In this document: in pieces, positions 1-9,938 of the stretch
Layout: each line of letters begins with the position of its first letter
Position numbering within the stretch: the stretch's first letter is position 1
From: Enoplolaimus lenunculus
Lineage: Eukaryota
Reading direction: 5' to 3'
NCBI GenBank assembly: GCA_030248215.1
Contig: JASANG010000273.1
Span: forward strand, 682,001 to 746,000
Length of the DNA: 64,000 nt
The notes under the pieces: model-generated
The model's database searches: none
What the model was told of the DNA's origin: nothing
The model's input: the letters and a program-made list of their open reading frames with translations, nothing else
Position numbers and translations under genes: made by a program

Positions 1-2790
1 CCAAAAACTTTGCCTGATGTTTCAGCATAAGTGTGAAATAAAAATGTAGGTATGTTTCCACGGTGCAAAGTTTATGGGTCAGTTTTATGTTACGGCATTG
101 CAGTATAGAACGGAGCGATGTGGTTATGAAATGTCATCGTTGATAGCATACGTTTTGGTAGGAAGCAGCGGTATGATTTTATGGATGTTTTTGTCACATA
201 CTTTAACCGTAAAACGAAAGTTTTGTTGGTTACATACTTTGTCTTTGCTTTGTGTAACGTTTAACATATAATTGACATCGATATGTTCTGTATCTTTATA
301 TTATATATTTCCTTATAGTGTTTTGTCTCATGTTTTGAATTGTTTTTGAACGATTTTAGTCTTGAAGGTTTAAAGTAGGAGGCACATCCCCCCACCACAA
401 TGTTCAGGTTGCGGGGTACAGCCAACCCAATATTGTCCAGAGCTCGCAATGTCAAACTGTCAAATACCTTTTCCACCAACACAACCCAAGCCGTTATTAA
501 ATTTGTACGCTTTAGGCTGCCAGCAAAATACGTAATATACACTGATATCGGTAAAAAATATCCAAACCACGGTGTAAACGGATAGCAAAAATAGCGAACA
601 CAGAAACGTATAGTGATCAAAATAACGGAAACGCAAATCTTATATTAAATTGCAAAAACGTATAACCGCCAAAGAAACACCGCGCTTAGTGAAGTAATCA
701 GTCTGAACTTCAGAGTATTGAAAAACAGTATAGCGGATATATTGACGTAAATATTAAAGTTACGGGCTGATTAAACTTTATTAGGTCAATTCAGCGAACA
801 AACTGTTTCAACGCTTCGAATGCAGGGCCGGAACCGACACCCCACATACGCCGCTTTTGGGGGCCCACCCCAACCGGATAAAACAAAAACCGCGGAAGTT
901 TTGAAATGCTTCTAGCTTCTCGAAAAGCGAAAAAAGCTTTCGCGATACCGTAGAGTTAAAGCGAATACCTCATTTTACTGGTACATCTTGTTTCACATGT
1001 TTTCGCAAAACAATGTGCTTTTGGCAAAAACACTTTTCCTGTCGACCATTTTAGGTATCATTGTGCCCCCAACGCGGAATTTTAGGAATTATACTATTTT
1101 GTTTTAATGTGAATAAACTATATTAAAGGAGTGTTGGTGATAATTATCAATAAAACAAACTGCTCTGTCAATTTTAAAAAGGAGTGCTAATTTTCAACGT
1201 TTCAGTCCGGGTATAATTGGTAAAAATTGATGTCAGTTTCTGCTTACATTAGAACTACCGATAACTATTTTTATTTAGGTACTCAGTACTCACCACACCG
1301 CAGGTTGTTCAGTTTATCTATACTAGTATATATGCCAGGCAGGGTGCAACCGGAGGTGAAATATACCAGAGCCGGAGGTCAACCGGAGCCGGAAGCGAGG
1401 AGAAATTGGAGAAATTAGATAGTATAAATGATGGTTAATTAGATATCATTTTAGCCAATATCTGCAATATGTTGTTAAGTTGTTTGGTTTTACGCTAATT
1501 TTCTGCTAAAATTCGGCATTTCTTTATTGAAAATTGTGACAAGTAAAACAAAACGTGTTAAACAGTAAAAGGTTCGGCGGTCAATGTTACTTTTAGAGCC
1601 GTAACAGTAGATTAAGGATATTACTAAGCTTACGCTAAGCGTTGCAAAAATGTGTTCCTAAGCCTAAAGCGTAATCCTTATCCCACTGTTTTTTCTGGAG
1701 ATTTTTGGACAAACATTTATGCTAGTTTAATATCTGAATTGTTTGAATTTTGGCATAAAACTATTTGATTGGATGGTCCATGTTACTTTAAGGGTCGTCC
1801 AGGTTTCTGGAGGGTCCATAAAAGGGCGGGTTTAGATTCTAGATTACATTTTTTTGCTTGGATTAAGCTTAACACATTTTTGCTACGCTTAGGTTTATGC
1901 GTACACTATAAATTCCATTGACTTGATTTTAACTCAGAATGAGTTGAATCAGTCAGTCTGAGTTAGGACTATCAGAACTCAGAATTTTGAGTTGATTAAA
2001 TAACGACTTGAAAAAATCGGTCCCAATAATGACCTCTAGTGATTTTAAGACTGTTGTACACAAAATATGATTCAGGTATATTATCACTGCTACCTTTTGT
2101 TTATACTCTCATAACAGTAGCACCAATCCTAATAACGAATATTTCATTCCGTTTTATAAACCATGCAATGGCTCACAGAATTACGACAAAAGTCGTATTC
2201 GGGTTTATTAAGCCAAAATCCTATTAAAAAGCAAATGGTTGGGGAATCTGTTTTAATTCAGCTACAAGCTGTGTTTTTGCACTGAAACGGTTGACACATC
2301 CAGGGTTTACCAACTTGTTAAAAAATTCGACCCGTAAAGCTAAGTCTTTTTTTTACATTAGGTCGATTCGTGAGTCACAAATTTCTTTGCAACGCAGCCT
2401 AGAGCTACTGTATATAGCATGATATGTGTTAATTGTTTAGCTAGGAGTAAGTTAGTTTTTTTTGTCACCGCTTACATGAGATGACTGCTTTTGTTCGCCG
2501 CTGACTTCAAACAGTTGCGTGCTGTGAACATGAAAGAATGACTATTGCTACTCGAATTTCACCAGAGTTTTAGTGATTTGTCGTCAGCTTAAATTGCGGC
2601 GACAATAATTTGGATTTCAGTCAATGTAGTTTGTTCTCAACAGGTTTAGATTAGGTAGCATGGGTTTGCATATGCACACTTATCTTGCATCTCTGTAAAC
2701 TGTACCATTGCTTATAAGAAACTTACGTGTTAGTCTATGACCAGGATTTGAGTTTAAAGTCGCACAGTACTCTGCCAAGTAATTTGTGAC

Positions 2791-2998
2791 TGTCGGTATA
2801 TGTGCACGTAAGTGTGTGTAAAGCAAATGTTGCCATGCCTGTGCACATATACCGGTATAAGAAGTTGTTGCAATGGCCGCGTGTTGTAGTGGTAGCATGC
2901 TTGGCTCGAGCGCAAGAGGGCCGAGGTTCGATTCCCGCCGTGGTCATTAATTTTGGTAAAACTTCAAACAGGGGTCGTGTAGACCGTTAGTACCAACA
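2791..2998 (+). mobile_element. tRNA-bearing solo-LTR-like element, subfamily A
   Basis: TGTCGGTA...TACCAACA ends, perfect 5-bp TSD GTGAC, internal tRNA-like segment 2875-2946. Confidence 0.8.
2875..2946 (+). pseudogene. tRNA-like sequence inside the mobile element (probably not a functional tRNA)
   Basis: 72 nt, B box GGTTCGATTCC, acceptor stem GGCCGCG/CGTGGTC; D, anticodon and T stems are mismatched. Confidence 0.6.
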
Positions 2999-3237
2999 GT
3001 GACTTTCATTGCGACACGAACGCAATGGTAAGGCTTTGCAGTAACTGTCCGGTACCGATTGGATTGTTATATGGAAAGCAATGCAGGTTCTTTTTTCACA
3101 TCTGGAGTTTCCCGTTTTGCGGTATTTTTATATTTTCTCATGCTGCCTATGAATCAACTCATGTCGCGCTTTCTGTTCAGACGGAACGAACCATTATTAA
3201 GTACATCAGTAATTATTTGCTTTACATAGTTTATGAT

Positions 3238-3466
3238 ATGGATTACGATACTAATAGCAGTCGAATTCGGTTATCTAACGCTAAACTTACACTTTTACGT
3301 CGTTTTTGTCGCGGCATCGAACCAATTCTTGACTCTGATACTAAAGCTGAACTGCTTTTTTGTTATCGAACCGGCTATCTTCCGTTGTCTGTTGTCGACA
3401 AACTTCACGATCAGTTTGAAACCGCTGATTCAGAAGCGAGCCAGATTATTGACGAATGGGTAGAAG
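3238..3466 (+). CDS. TMEM199: TMEM199/VMA12-like V-ATPase assembly factor, exon 1 of 2 (join 3238..3466,6159..6568; 212 aa)
   Basis: ATG at 3238 (MDYDTNSSRIRL...IIDEWVE), strong donor GAAG|GTAAGT at 3467, phase 1 matching the exon 2 acceptor. Start codon inferred; the frame is also open further upstream. Confidence 0.75.
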
Positions 3467-3555
3467 GTAAGTCAAACGAAGTAATAAATGTCAAGCTCTA
3501 TGGCCAGTGTCAATGGTTAATTATTAAGTGAAAGTGAGTTGATTTCTAACGGCAC

Positions 3556-3806
3556 TGTGGGTATATGTAGCTTGTATATGTGCAGAGTGTGTAATGTTAA
3601 AACACATACATACTCGTGCACATGTACCACCAAAGGAAATTATGATATAGGCCGCGTGGTGTAATGGGTAGCGCGCTTGACTCGCGAGCGAGAGGTCCGA
3701 GGTTCGCTTCCCGGCGTGGCCATATCTTTCAGAGAAATTAAGGGGAAAACCAATTATATTCGCAGTACTTTGGGAACGGGGTCGTCCCGACCGTGCAGTT
3801 CTGACA
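3556..3806 (+). mobile_element. tRNA-bearing solo-LTR-like element, subfamily B
   Basis: TGT...ACA ends, perfect 5-bp TSD GGCAC, internal tRNA-like segment 3650-3722. Confidence 0.8.
3650..3722 (+). pseudogene. tRNA-like sequence (CGC at the anticodon position, Ala-like) inside the mobile element
   Basis: 73 nt, A box TGGTGTAATGG, B-box-like GGTTCGCTTCC, full 7-bp acceptor stem GGCCGCG/CGTGGCC; anticodon and T stems are imperfect. Confidence 0.6.
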
Positions 3807-4908
3807 GGCACATTTAGTATGCACTCAAGATTAGACTTGACGTCCAGTTTTGCATATATACTTCCGGCGACTAATTGGTTTTGTTTCGGAAACAAAACAG
3901 CTATAAAACAAATAAAGCGATATTGCGTCAGTCATTGAAAGTTCGGTTCGACATAAAGATTCCGTGCACTAGCTACTTGTAGCGGAATATTGCGGATTCA
4001 GTTTTTACTCCATGATCAAATCTAATTTGCAAATTCATCCCGTTTGGTTGCAACTACCGGATAGAACCATTAATTACTCTTAAGAAACCCACGCTGGCAA
4101 CAAATGTTCGGATTCGGCAAAAATTTGTGGTTCGGATTTCCAAAAGCGGATCGGCATGGTGCAACCAGAATTTCGGTTCTGGCACTTTTTTCACCTTCCG
4201 GTTCCGGTAAATTTTTTACGGAATTACAAATTTCCGGTATTAAATTTTGGTCGGTGGAAATTAAGATATTTTACTAAAAATGACGATTAAAATTAAATAG
4301 ATTTCATTAGTATAGTATGTAAAACTTGACGATCGCCGAAAATAAACCATCGAAGGTTCTTTCGTTTCCGTGGATTATGAAAATCTAAAATACAGCAGAT
4401 GAAGTGAATTCCTATCTCCAACTAGGGTTATTTTACCAATAATAGTGCAAAAAAGAAAACTAAAATGAATTTTTCGATGGCATGTATTTTTTATTTTCCG
4501 GTTGCCGTTACGTTTCCTGTAATTTTTCCAATTTCCGGTTCCGCTAAGTTGTAATTTCGGTTGCACACTGATGTTCCACATTATGTTTTTCATTTTTAAA
4601 CTATGAAAAATATCAACAACTTGTTATTTAAATCGATATTTTTGTTTCATGTCACAAATCTCAGAACTGATGTCGGACTCGACACATGTGTATTAACATT
4701 TAAAACTTATGCGGCTAACATTGCATTGATATTCTGAAACTAATTTTAGATAAGTCTCAAAGTTGGAACAAGTAAGATTCAGATTGTATTTCAAATTCGG
4801 CAAATTAGCAATGGATTCGGATTCGGTCAAATCGTGGATTCGGTGTCACCCTGTCATGAACGGCCCTATATATATGATACTGTATTGCCTAAGAATTACT
4901 GTGACGGT

Positions 4909-6123
4909 CAGGATGGGCGGTGTCGGTCTTGGTGTTGGGATTTCGCTGGTCTCGGTCTGGCTTTTTCTGAGTGTCCGTGGTTTGCAAATGAAAACCAAAG
5001 GGATGAAAAAGCGATAAACAATTGCTATTAGCTGAGATAGTTTCAGTTAAACGACGTAGAAATGTTTTGCTCTTATTTTGGAATAAATGCATATGCGTGA
5101 ACCAGTTAAAATTCTGTACTTGTTTACTTCCCTCCACACTGACTGTTTTAGTGGAAGCCTCATGTTCCCCCAAAGTGATTATTTTGTTGAGCGAAGCGGA
5201 AGCATTTTATATTTTGTGCTCGGGGGTTGAAGGATGGCTGTCCGTCCATCCGTCCGTCAGTCCGTCCGAAAAGAATATCAGGAACCGCTGAACCGATTTT
5301 GATAAACACCTCGCATTCGGGTTTTACAACTTTAGGCCGTTTATTAGATACAGGTTAATTTGCATAATTGGTTAAGCCTCAATTAGGACTTTTTACTGTA
5401 TATCACTACTCATTAGAGTTACAAGCAATCTAATTTTAGCATCAAAGGGTTTCTGGGCACGAGAAATCAGAATAAAATGTTTATAAACCTCCAAAACCGA
5501 TAATTTAATTGTTTGCTAATAGCTAATTTGTATATTAGCTTGATTAATAAGCCTATATTAAGACTTTTTAAACTATTTCACTGATTATTAGGGTTACTGA
5601 AGGGTTTTTTGGGTGCGAGCAATCGGAATAACTGTCTATAAACCTTCAAGGCCGATAATTAAATAGTTAGCTAATAGCTATTTGCATATTAGCATTATTG
5701 ATAAGCCTTAATTAAGACTTTAAATTATATTGATTATTAGGGTTACTGCAGGGTTTTTGGGTGCGATCAATCGGAATAAATTGTTTATAATTCTTCAAGA
5801 CCGATAATTAAATAGTTAGCTAATAGCTAATTTGCATATTAGCTTAATTAGTTAGGCTAAAATTAGGACTATTTTATTTCACTGATTATTAGGGTTACAT
5901 GCAATCACATTCAGTACTAAAAGGTTTTTGGGTGTGAGAAATCTGAACAAATTGTGTATAAACCTTCAAGACCGATAATGGAATAGTTAGCCAATAGTTA
6001 ATTTACATATTAGCTTAATAAATTTTATTTTTATTTTCGGTAACAGCTAAAAATTGACCAAGACCGGGACCAAAAGTCTCGGTCTCGGTACAGCGCATTT
6101 TTGACCGAGACCGCCCATCCCTG
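4909..6123. mobile_element. Non-autonomous hAT-like element interrupted by a Helentron-like insertion
   Basis: TIRs CAGGATGGGCGGT / ACCGCCCATCCCTG, 8-bp TSD GTGACGGT/GTGGCGGT (7 of 8 match). Confidence 0.65.
5187..6045 (+). mobile_element. Helentron-associated (HINE/DINE-1-like) element, 3' truncated
   Basis: TTGAGCGAAGC 5' end, TCCG microsatellite, GCTGAACCGATTTTGAT core, internal tandem repeats; homologous to 6685-7643. Confidence 0.65.
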
Positions 6124-6158
6124 GTGGCGGTTGTTGTAAATTATATTATATTTTATAG

Positions 6159-6568
6159 AGGGCCCAATCGAAACGCTACCAGCAATGCCTGAACGAAACC
6201 CGGAACTTGAAGCACGTTGTCAGCAACTGAGACGCGACGCTGAAAAACGTGAATATGATCGCATGACAGCAAATGTTCGTTGCGTAAAGTTTTCCCATGA
6301 TCAAGATTTGAATTCAGTTACGTCATTCGGACGAGAACTGAAAGCAATTCAGCGCCATCTATTTCTACTTGTTAATATGGTGTTAACAGTGCTCGGGTCT
6401 TTTGCGTTTGGCTACTGCGCTACTGGTTATGTTATCGATGCACCTGTTGTCCCGTTGAAAATGATGGTCGGGTTAACGATTGCGTCAGTGGTATTTTTTG
6501 CCGATCTGTATTTTGTGGTAAGGACTATAGATGCTGATAATGAAAACATTGCTGCGGTGATCAGGTAA
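6159..6568 (+). CDS. TMEM199: TMEM199/VMA12-like V-ATPase assembly factor, exon 2 of 2
   Basis: Acceptor TTTTATAG|. The PERNPELEARCQQLR...EYDRMT motif typical of Vma12/TMEM199 is followed by two hydrophobic helices (FLLVNMVLTVLGSFAFGY; MMVGLTIASVVFFADLYFVV). Stop TAA 6566-6568; a CAG|GTAAT alternative donor at the stop cannot be excluded. Confidence 0.88.
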
Positions 6569-6684
6569 TATTTTGGGAATGAGAGTGAAAATGTTTAGTG
6601 ATGGCAAACTTATTTCCGGCGAAAGCGCCGTGTTCAGTTTGGCGGGGATGGCTTTAACGGATTTCTTTGCCATTTGATATATTG

Positions 6685-7643
6685 TTGAGCGAAGCTCGGA
6701 GTTTCGCGAAACGTTTTATGTTTTGTACTTGGGGGTCGAAAGGTGGATGTCCGTCTGTTCGTCTGTCCGTGCGAAAAGAATCTCAGGAACGGTTGAACTG
6801 AGTTTGATAAACATTTTTTGTTTGAAAGCCGATTATCCTGGGGTGTTAACCTCGCATTGGGGTTTTAAAATTTTAAGCCGTTTATTAGCTACAGGCTAAT
6901 TTGCTTAATTAATTAAGCCTAAATTAGGACTTTCCACAGTATTTCACTAATTATTACAGTTACAAGCAATCTAATTTCAGTATTAAAAGGTTTTTGGCTG
7001 CGAGGAATCCAAATAGACTGTTTACAAACTTCCAAAACCGATAATTGAGTAGTTAGCTAATAGATAATTTGCATATTAGCATAGTTTATAAGCCTAAATT
7101 ACATTACGACTTTTTACAATATTTCACTAATTATTAAGGTTAAAAGCAATATAATCTCAGCAGTAAAGGGTTTTTGGGTGCGAGGAGTCTGCGTAGACTG
7201 TTTGCAAACCTCCAAAACCGATAATTGAGCAGTTGGCTAATAGATAATTTGCATATTAGCATAGTTTATAAGCCTAAATTACATTACGACTTTTTACAAT
7301 ATTTCACTAATTATTAAGGTTAAAAGCAATATAATCTCAGCAATAAAGGGTTTTTAGGTGCGAGGAATTTGAATAAATAGTTTAAAAACACCCAAAACCG
7401 ATAAATAGGTTATAAGCCTAAATTACATTACGACTTTTTACAATCTTTCACTAATTATTAAGGTTAAAAGCAATATAATTTCAGCACTAAAGGGTTTTTA
7501 GGTGCGAGGAATTTGAATAAATAGTTTTAAAACACCCAAAACCGATAAATGAATAGTTAGCTAACAACTAATTTGCATATTACCTTAATTGCGTACGTGT
7601 GTTCGAGCTTCGCTCAATAAATGTAGTCCCACTACGACTGGTT
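6685..7643 (+). mobile_element. Helentron-associated (HINE/DINE-1-like) element, full length
   Basis: 14-bp subterminal inverted repeats TTGAGCGAAGCTCG / CGAGCTTCGCTCAA, 3' stem-loop GTAGT-CCC-ACTAC, TCCG/TCTG microsatellite, ~180-bp internal tandem repeats. Confidence 0.75.
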
Positions 7644-8880
7644 TGTAGCATTGGTTTCTGTTTACAAATATTTAATGTAGAATCTGCCGTATTGCTGTCA
7701 GAAGTCGTCTGCGTTGTGTTGTAACAACTGTTAGTGGTTTTTATGCAGTTCTAGTGTATTCTGCTTTGGTAGATTGTGGTACGAAATGTTTGCATTTCGA
7801 ATTGTATTTATTAATGTTTTGATTAATGGATATTTTAAATAAAACTGATGGAAATTAAATTTACCCCTAGGAAATATTGTTAAAATTGTCTTTTAATACT
7901 GCACCCGCTAAATATATGCTTAGCGTTAACCTAAAATCGACTAAATGACACTTGCAATGCAAAGGATATTTTGGCGCTGTAAAGTCTATTTGCTGTCGGG
8001 TGAGAGGTTCATCGGATTTTGGATCCGGCACAAAACGACACTCGGTTGCGGTATTCTATATTGCCGGATATTTGTTTGCTGAAAAGTAGAACATAACTCT
8101 ATATTATACAATTATTCATGATTTTAATCACTAGTTCGCTGTCAAATTGTTCAAAATGACAAAAATAAGCGCTCCAAGGAGCCCACTTATTACTAAGCCT
8201 CTTGTAAAAAATTGTAAGATATTAAACGTATAATACAAATTTAACAAGTGCCGGAACCGGATTATAACTATGTGGTTCCGCTAATTTATGGCATTCGGTT
8301 TAATACTGATATATACTGCATGTTAAACTTTAGACTGTGATACATTGTTAAATTATTAGCGTAACGCTATTCTCCAGTAAATTGCATCTATGACTTTTGT
8401 CAGTGATGTTTAGTAAATTGTTTGTGTTCTGTCAGTTTTGAGCATTTGTAGTTCATTGAAAACATTGGTATCCGTATACAATGTCACCAAGTTAAGGTAA
8501 TGTTACACTCCTGTAGGTATCAAGCCTTCTGAAATATGGCTGCAGGTACCAGCAGATACAGATTATTTAACTCTTCCCTATCCCTTGAACAATCTTCCAA
8601 GGCGGGCGCCAGCTAAGATGGGTGCTTATATACGTGAGACGCCCAAAAATTTTTGGATTACGTGATTTTGCAAATTTTGACACGGCGTATCAATTAACAT
8701 TTAAGTATAATTAGCAGTATTGTTGAACTTGACAAAACTGCAAGTTATGCGATCAAAATATAAAAATATGTCACAAATAACAGCAACAGTATTAAAACTC
8801 TGAGCCTGTAAAAAATGTGGCTCCGCTTTCACACAGCTATGTTATCCAGTCCCGATCGATGAGGACGCTATATATACATA

Positions 8881-9085
8881 CACTGCAAAGAATGGTGAGT
8901 CAAATTAACTTTCTCCAAAACAGTCTCTACGGAACTACACAAACTGAGTCAAATTGGACTCCGCCAGAGTCAAAATCGACTCACTGAGTCGTACGTTTGA
9001 CTCTGGCAGAGTCTTTGTCTCAATTTGTGTAGTCCTGTAGAGCTTATTTCGAGAGTCTGAATCAGACGCACTATGTTTTGCAGTG
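8881..9085. mobile_element. Palindromic MITE (CACTGCAAA...TTTGCAGTG family)
   Basis: TA-flanked TIRs and internal GAGTC/GACTC repeats. Further copies at 9344-9545 and ~58555-58753, with a partial duplicate at ~58832-58935. Confidence 0.7.
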
Positions 9086-9343
9086 TAGCGAAGGAAAGCA
9101 TGCATGTTTGCCGAGGTAGACTAACGTTTCTCACTGAATCACTCTACGGATTATTGGATTTCTAAGTTTACTCATCGCTTAACTCTATATGGCCCAACCC
9201 TTGCTACAGGCAGGTCCAACAGAGCCGGAACATTTTAATGCGGGACTGTAATAGAGTAAGCTCAAGCTTTGTCTATTTTTTACTTAGTCTTAGGCATTAA
9301 GCTTAATCTTAGGTATTAACTCATCAATACGCTAATAGGCTTG

Positions 9344-9545
9344 CACTGCAAAAAATGGTTAGTCACAAACTGACTCTCTCCGAAATAGGCTTTTCCTAAC
9401 GACACAAGCTGAGTCAAAATTCGGCTCCGCTAGAGTCACATTGAGTCGAATTTGACTCTGGCGGAGTCGAATTTTGACTCAGTTTGTGTAGTCAGGAAAA
9501 GCCTATTTCGGAGAGAGTCAATTTGACTCACCATTTTTTGCAGTG
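9344..9545. mobile_element. Palindromic MITE (CACTGCAAA family) nested in a TTAGGC-MITE
   Basis: CACTGCAAAAAATGG...CCATTTTTTGCAGTG interrupts the GGCTTAGG tract of the host element. Confidence 0.72.
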
Positions 9546-9938
9546 TAGGCTTAGGAATATGATTATACTACTGTTCCTTCACTTTTTACGGGCCGTATTA
9601 CAAAAATTAAATCGTTCGGTGCGTTTGGCTTTATGTTTTGGTGCGTTTGGCGGTAACTTTTTGTACAGTTTTGAGGGCCAATATAGTCGGGGTTTATCAA
9701 AAAATATTAAACCTAAAGTTAGTATTTTTGTCAACACTTTATAGATATTTGCTAAAATTAATAAATTAAACACTTAAATCATACCTAAACTCACGTCAAC
9801 TCCGGCTCCGGCAAGCTGTGTTGACCTCCAGTTCTGATATTTTTCACCACAAGTTGCACAATGATATATAATTTTTAAAATTTTGGATGAATTTCGTAAT
9901 TCTTATTTCATTTCGAACGATTAAACCATATCTGTAAC

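Noticed and set aside
150..620. Possible minus-strand exon(s) of a neighbouring gene at the window start
   Set aside because: Short open frames with weak acceptors and no recognisable similarity; they cannot be linked to other exons.
3025..3237. N-terminal extension of the TMEM199 ORF from ATG 3025
   Set aside because: It would make the protein much longer than typical family members, looks non-coding, and contains an acceptor-like site just before ATG 3238.
3650..3722. Functional tRNA-Ala(CGC) gene or tRNA-SINE
   Set aside because: Mismatched anticodon and T stems, anticodon differs between copies, and the segment is internal to a TG..CA element with no SINE tail.
2791..3806. Two LTR-like elements flanking TMEM199 exon 1 as one two-LTR element that captured the exon
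   Set aside because: They belong to different subfamilies and each has its own complete 5-bp TSD, so they are independent insertions.
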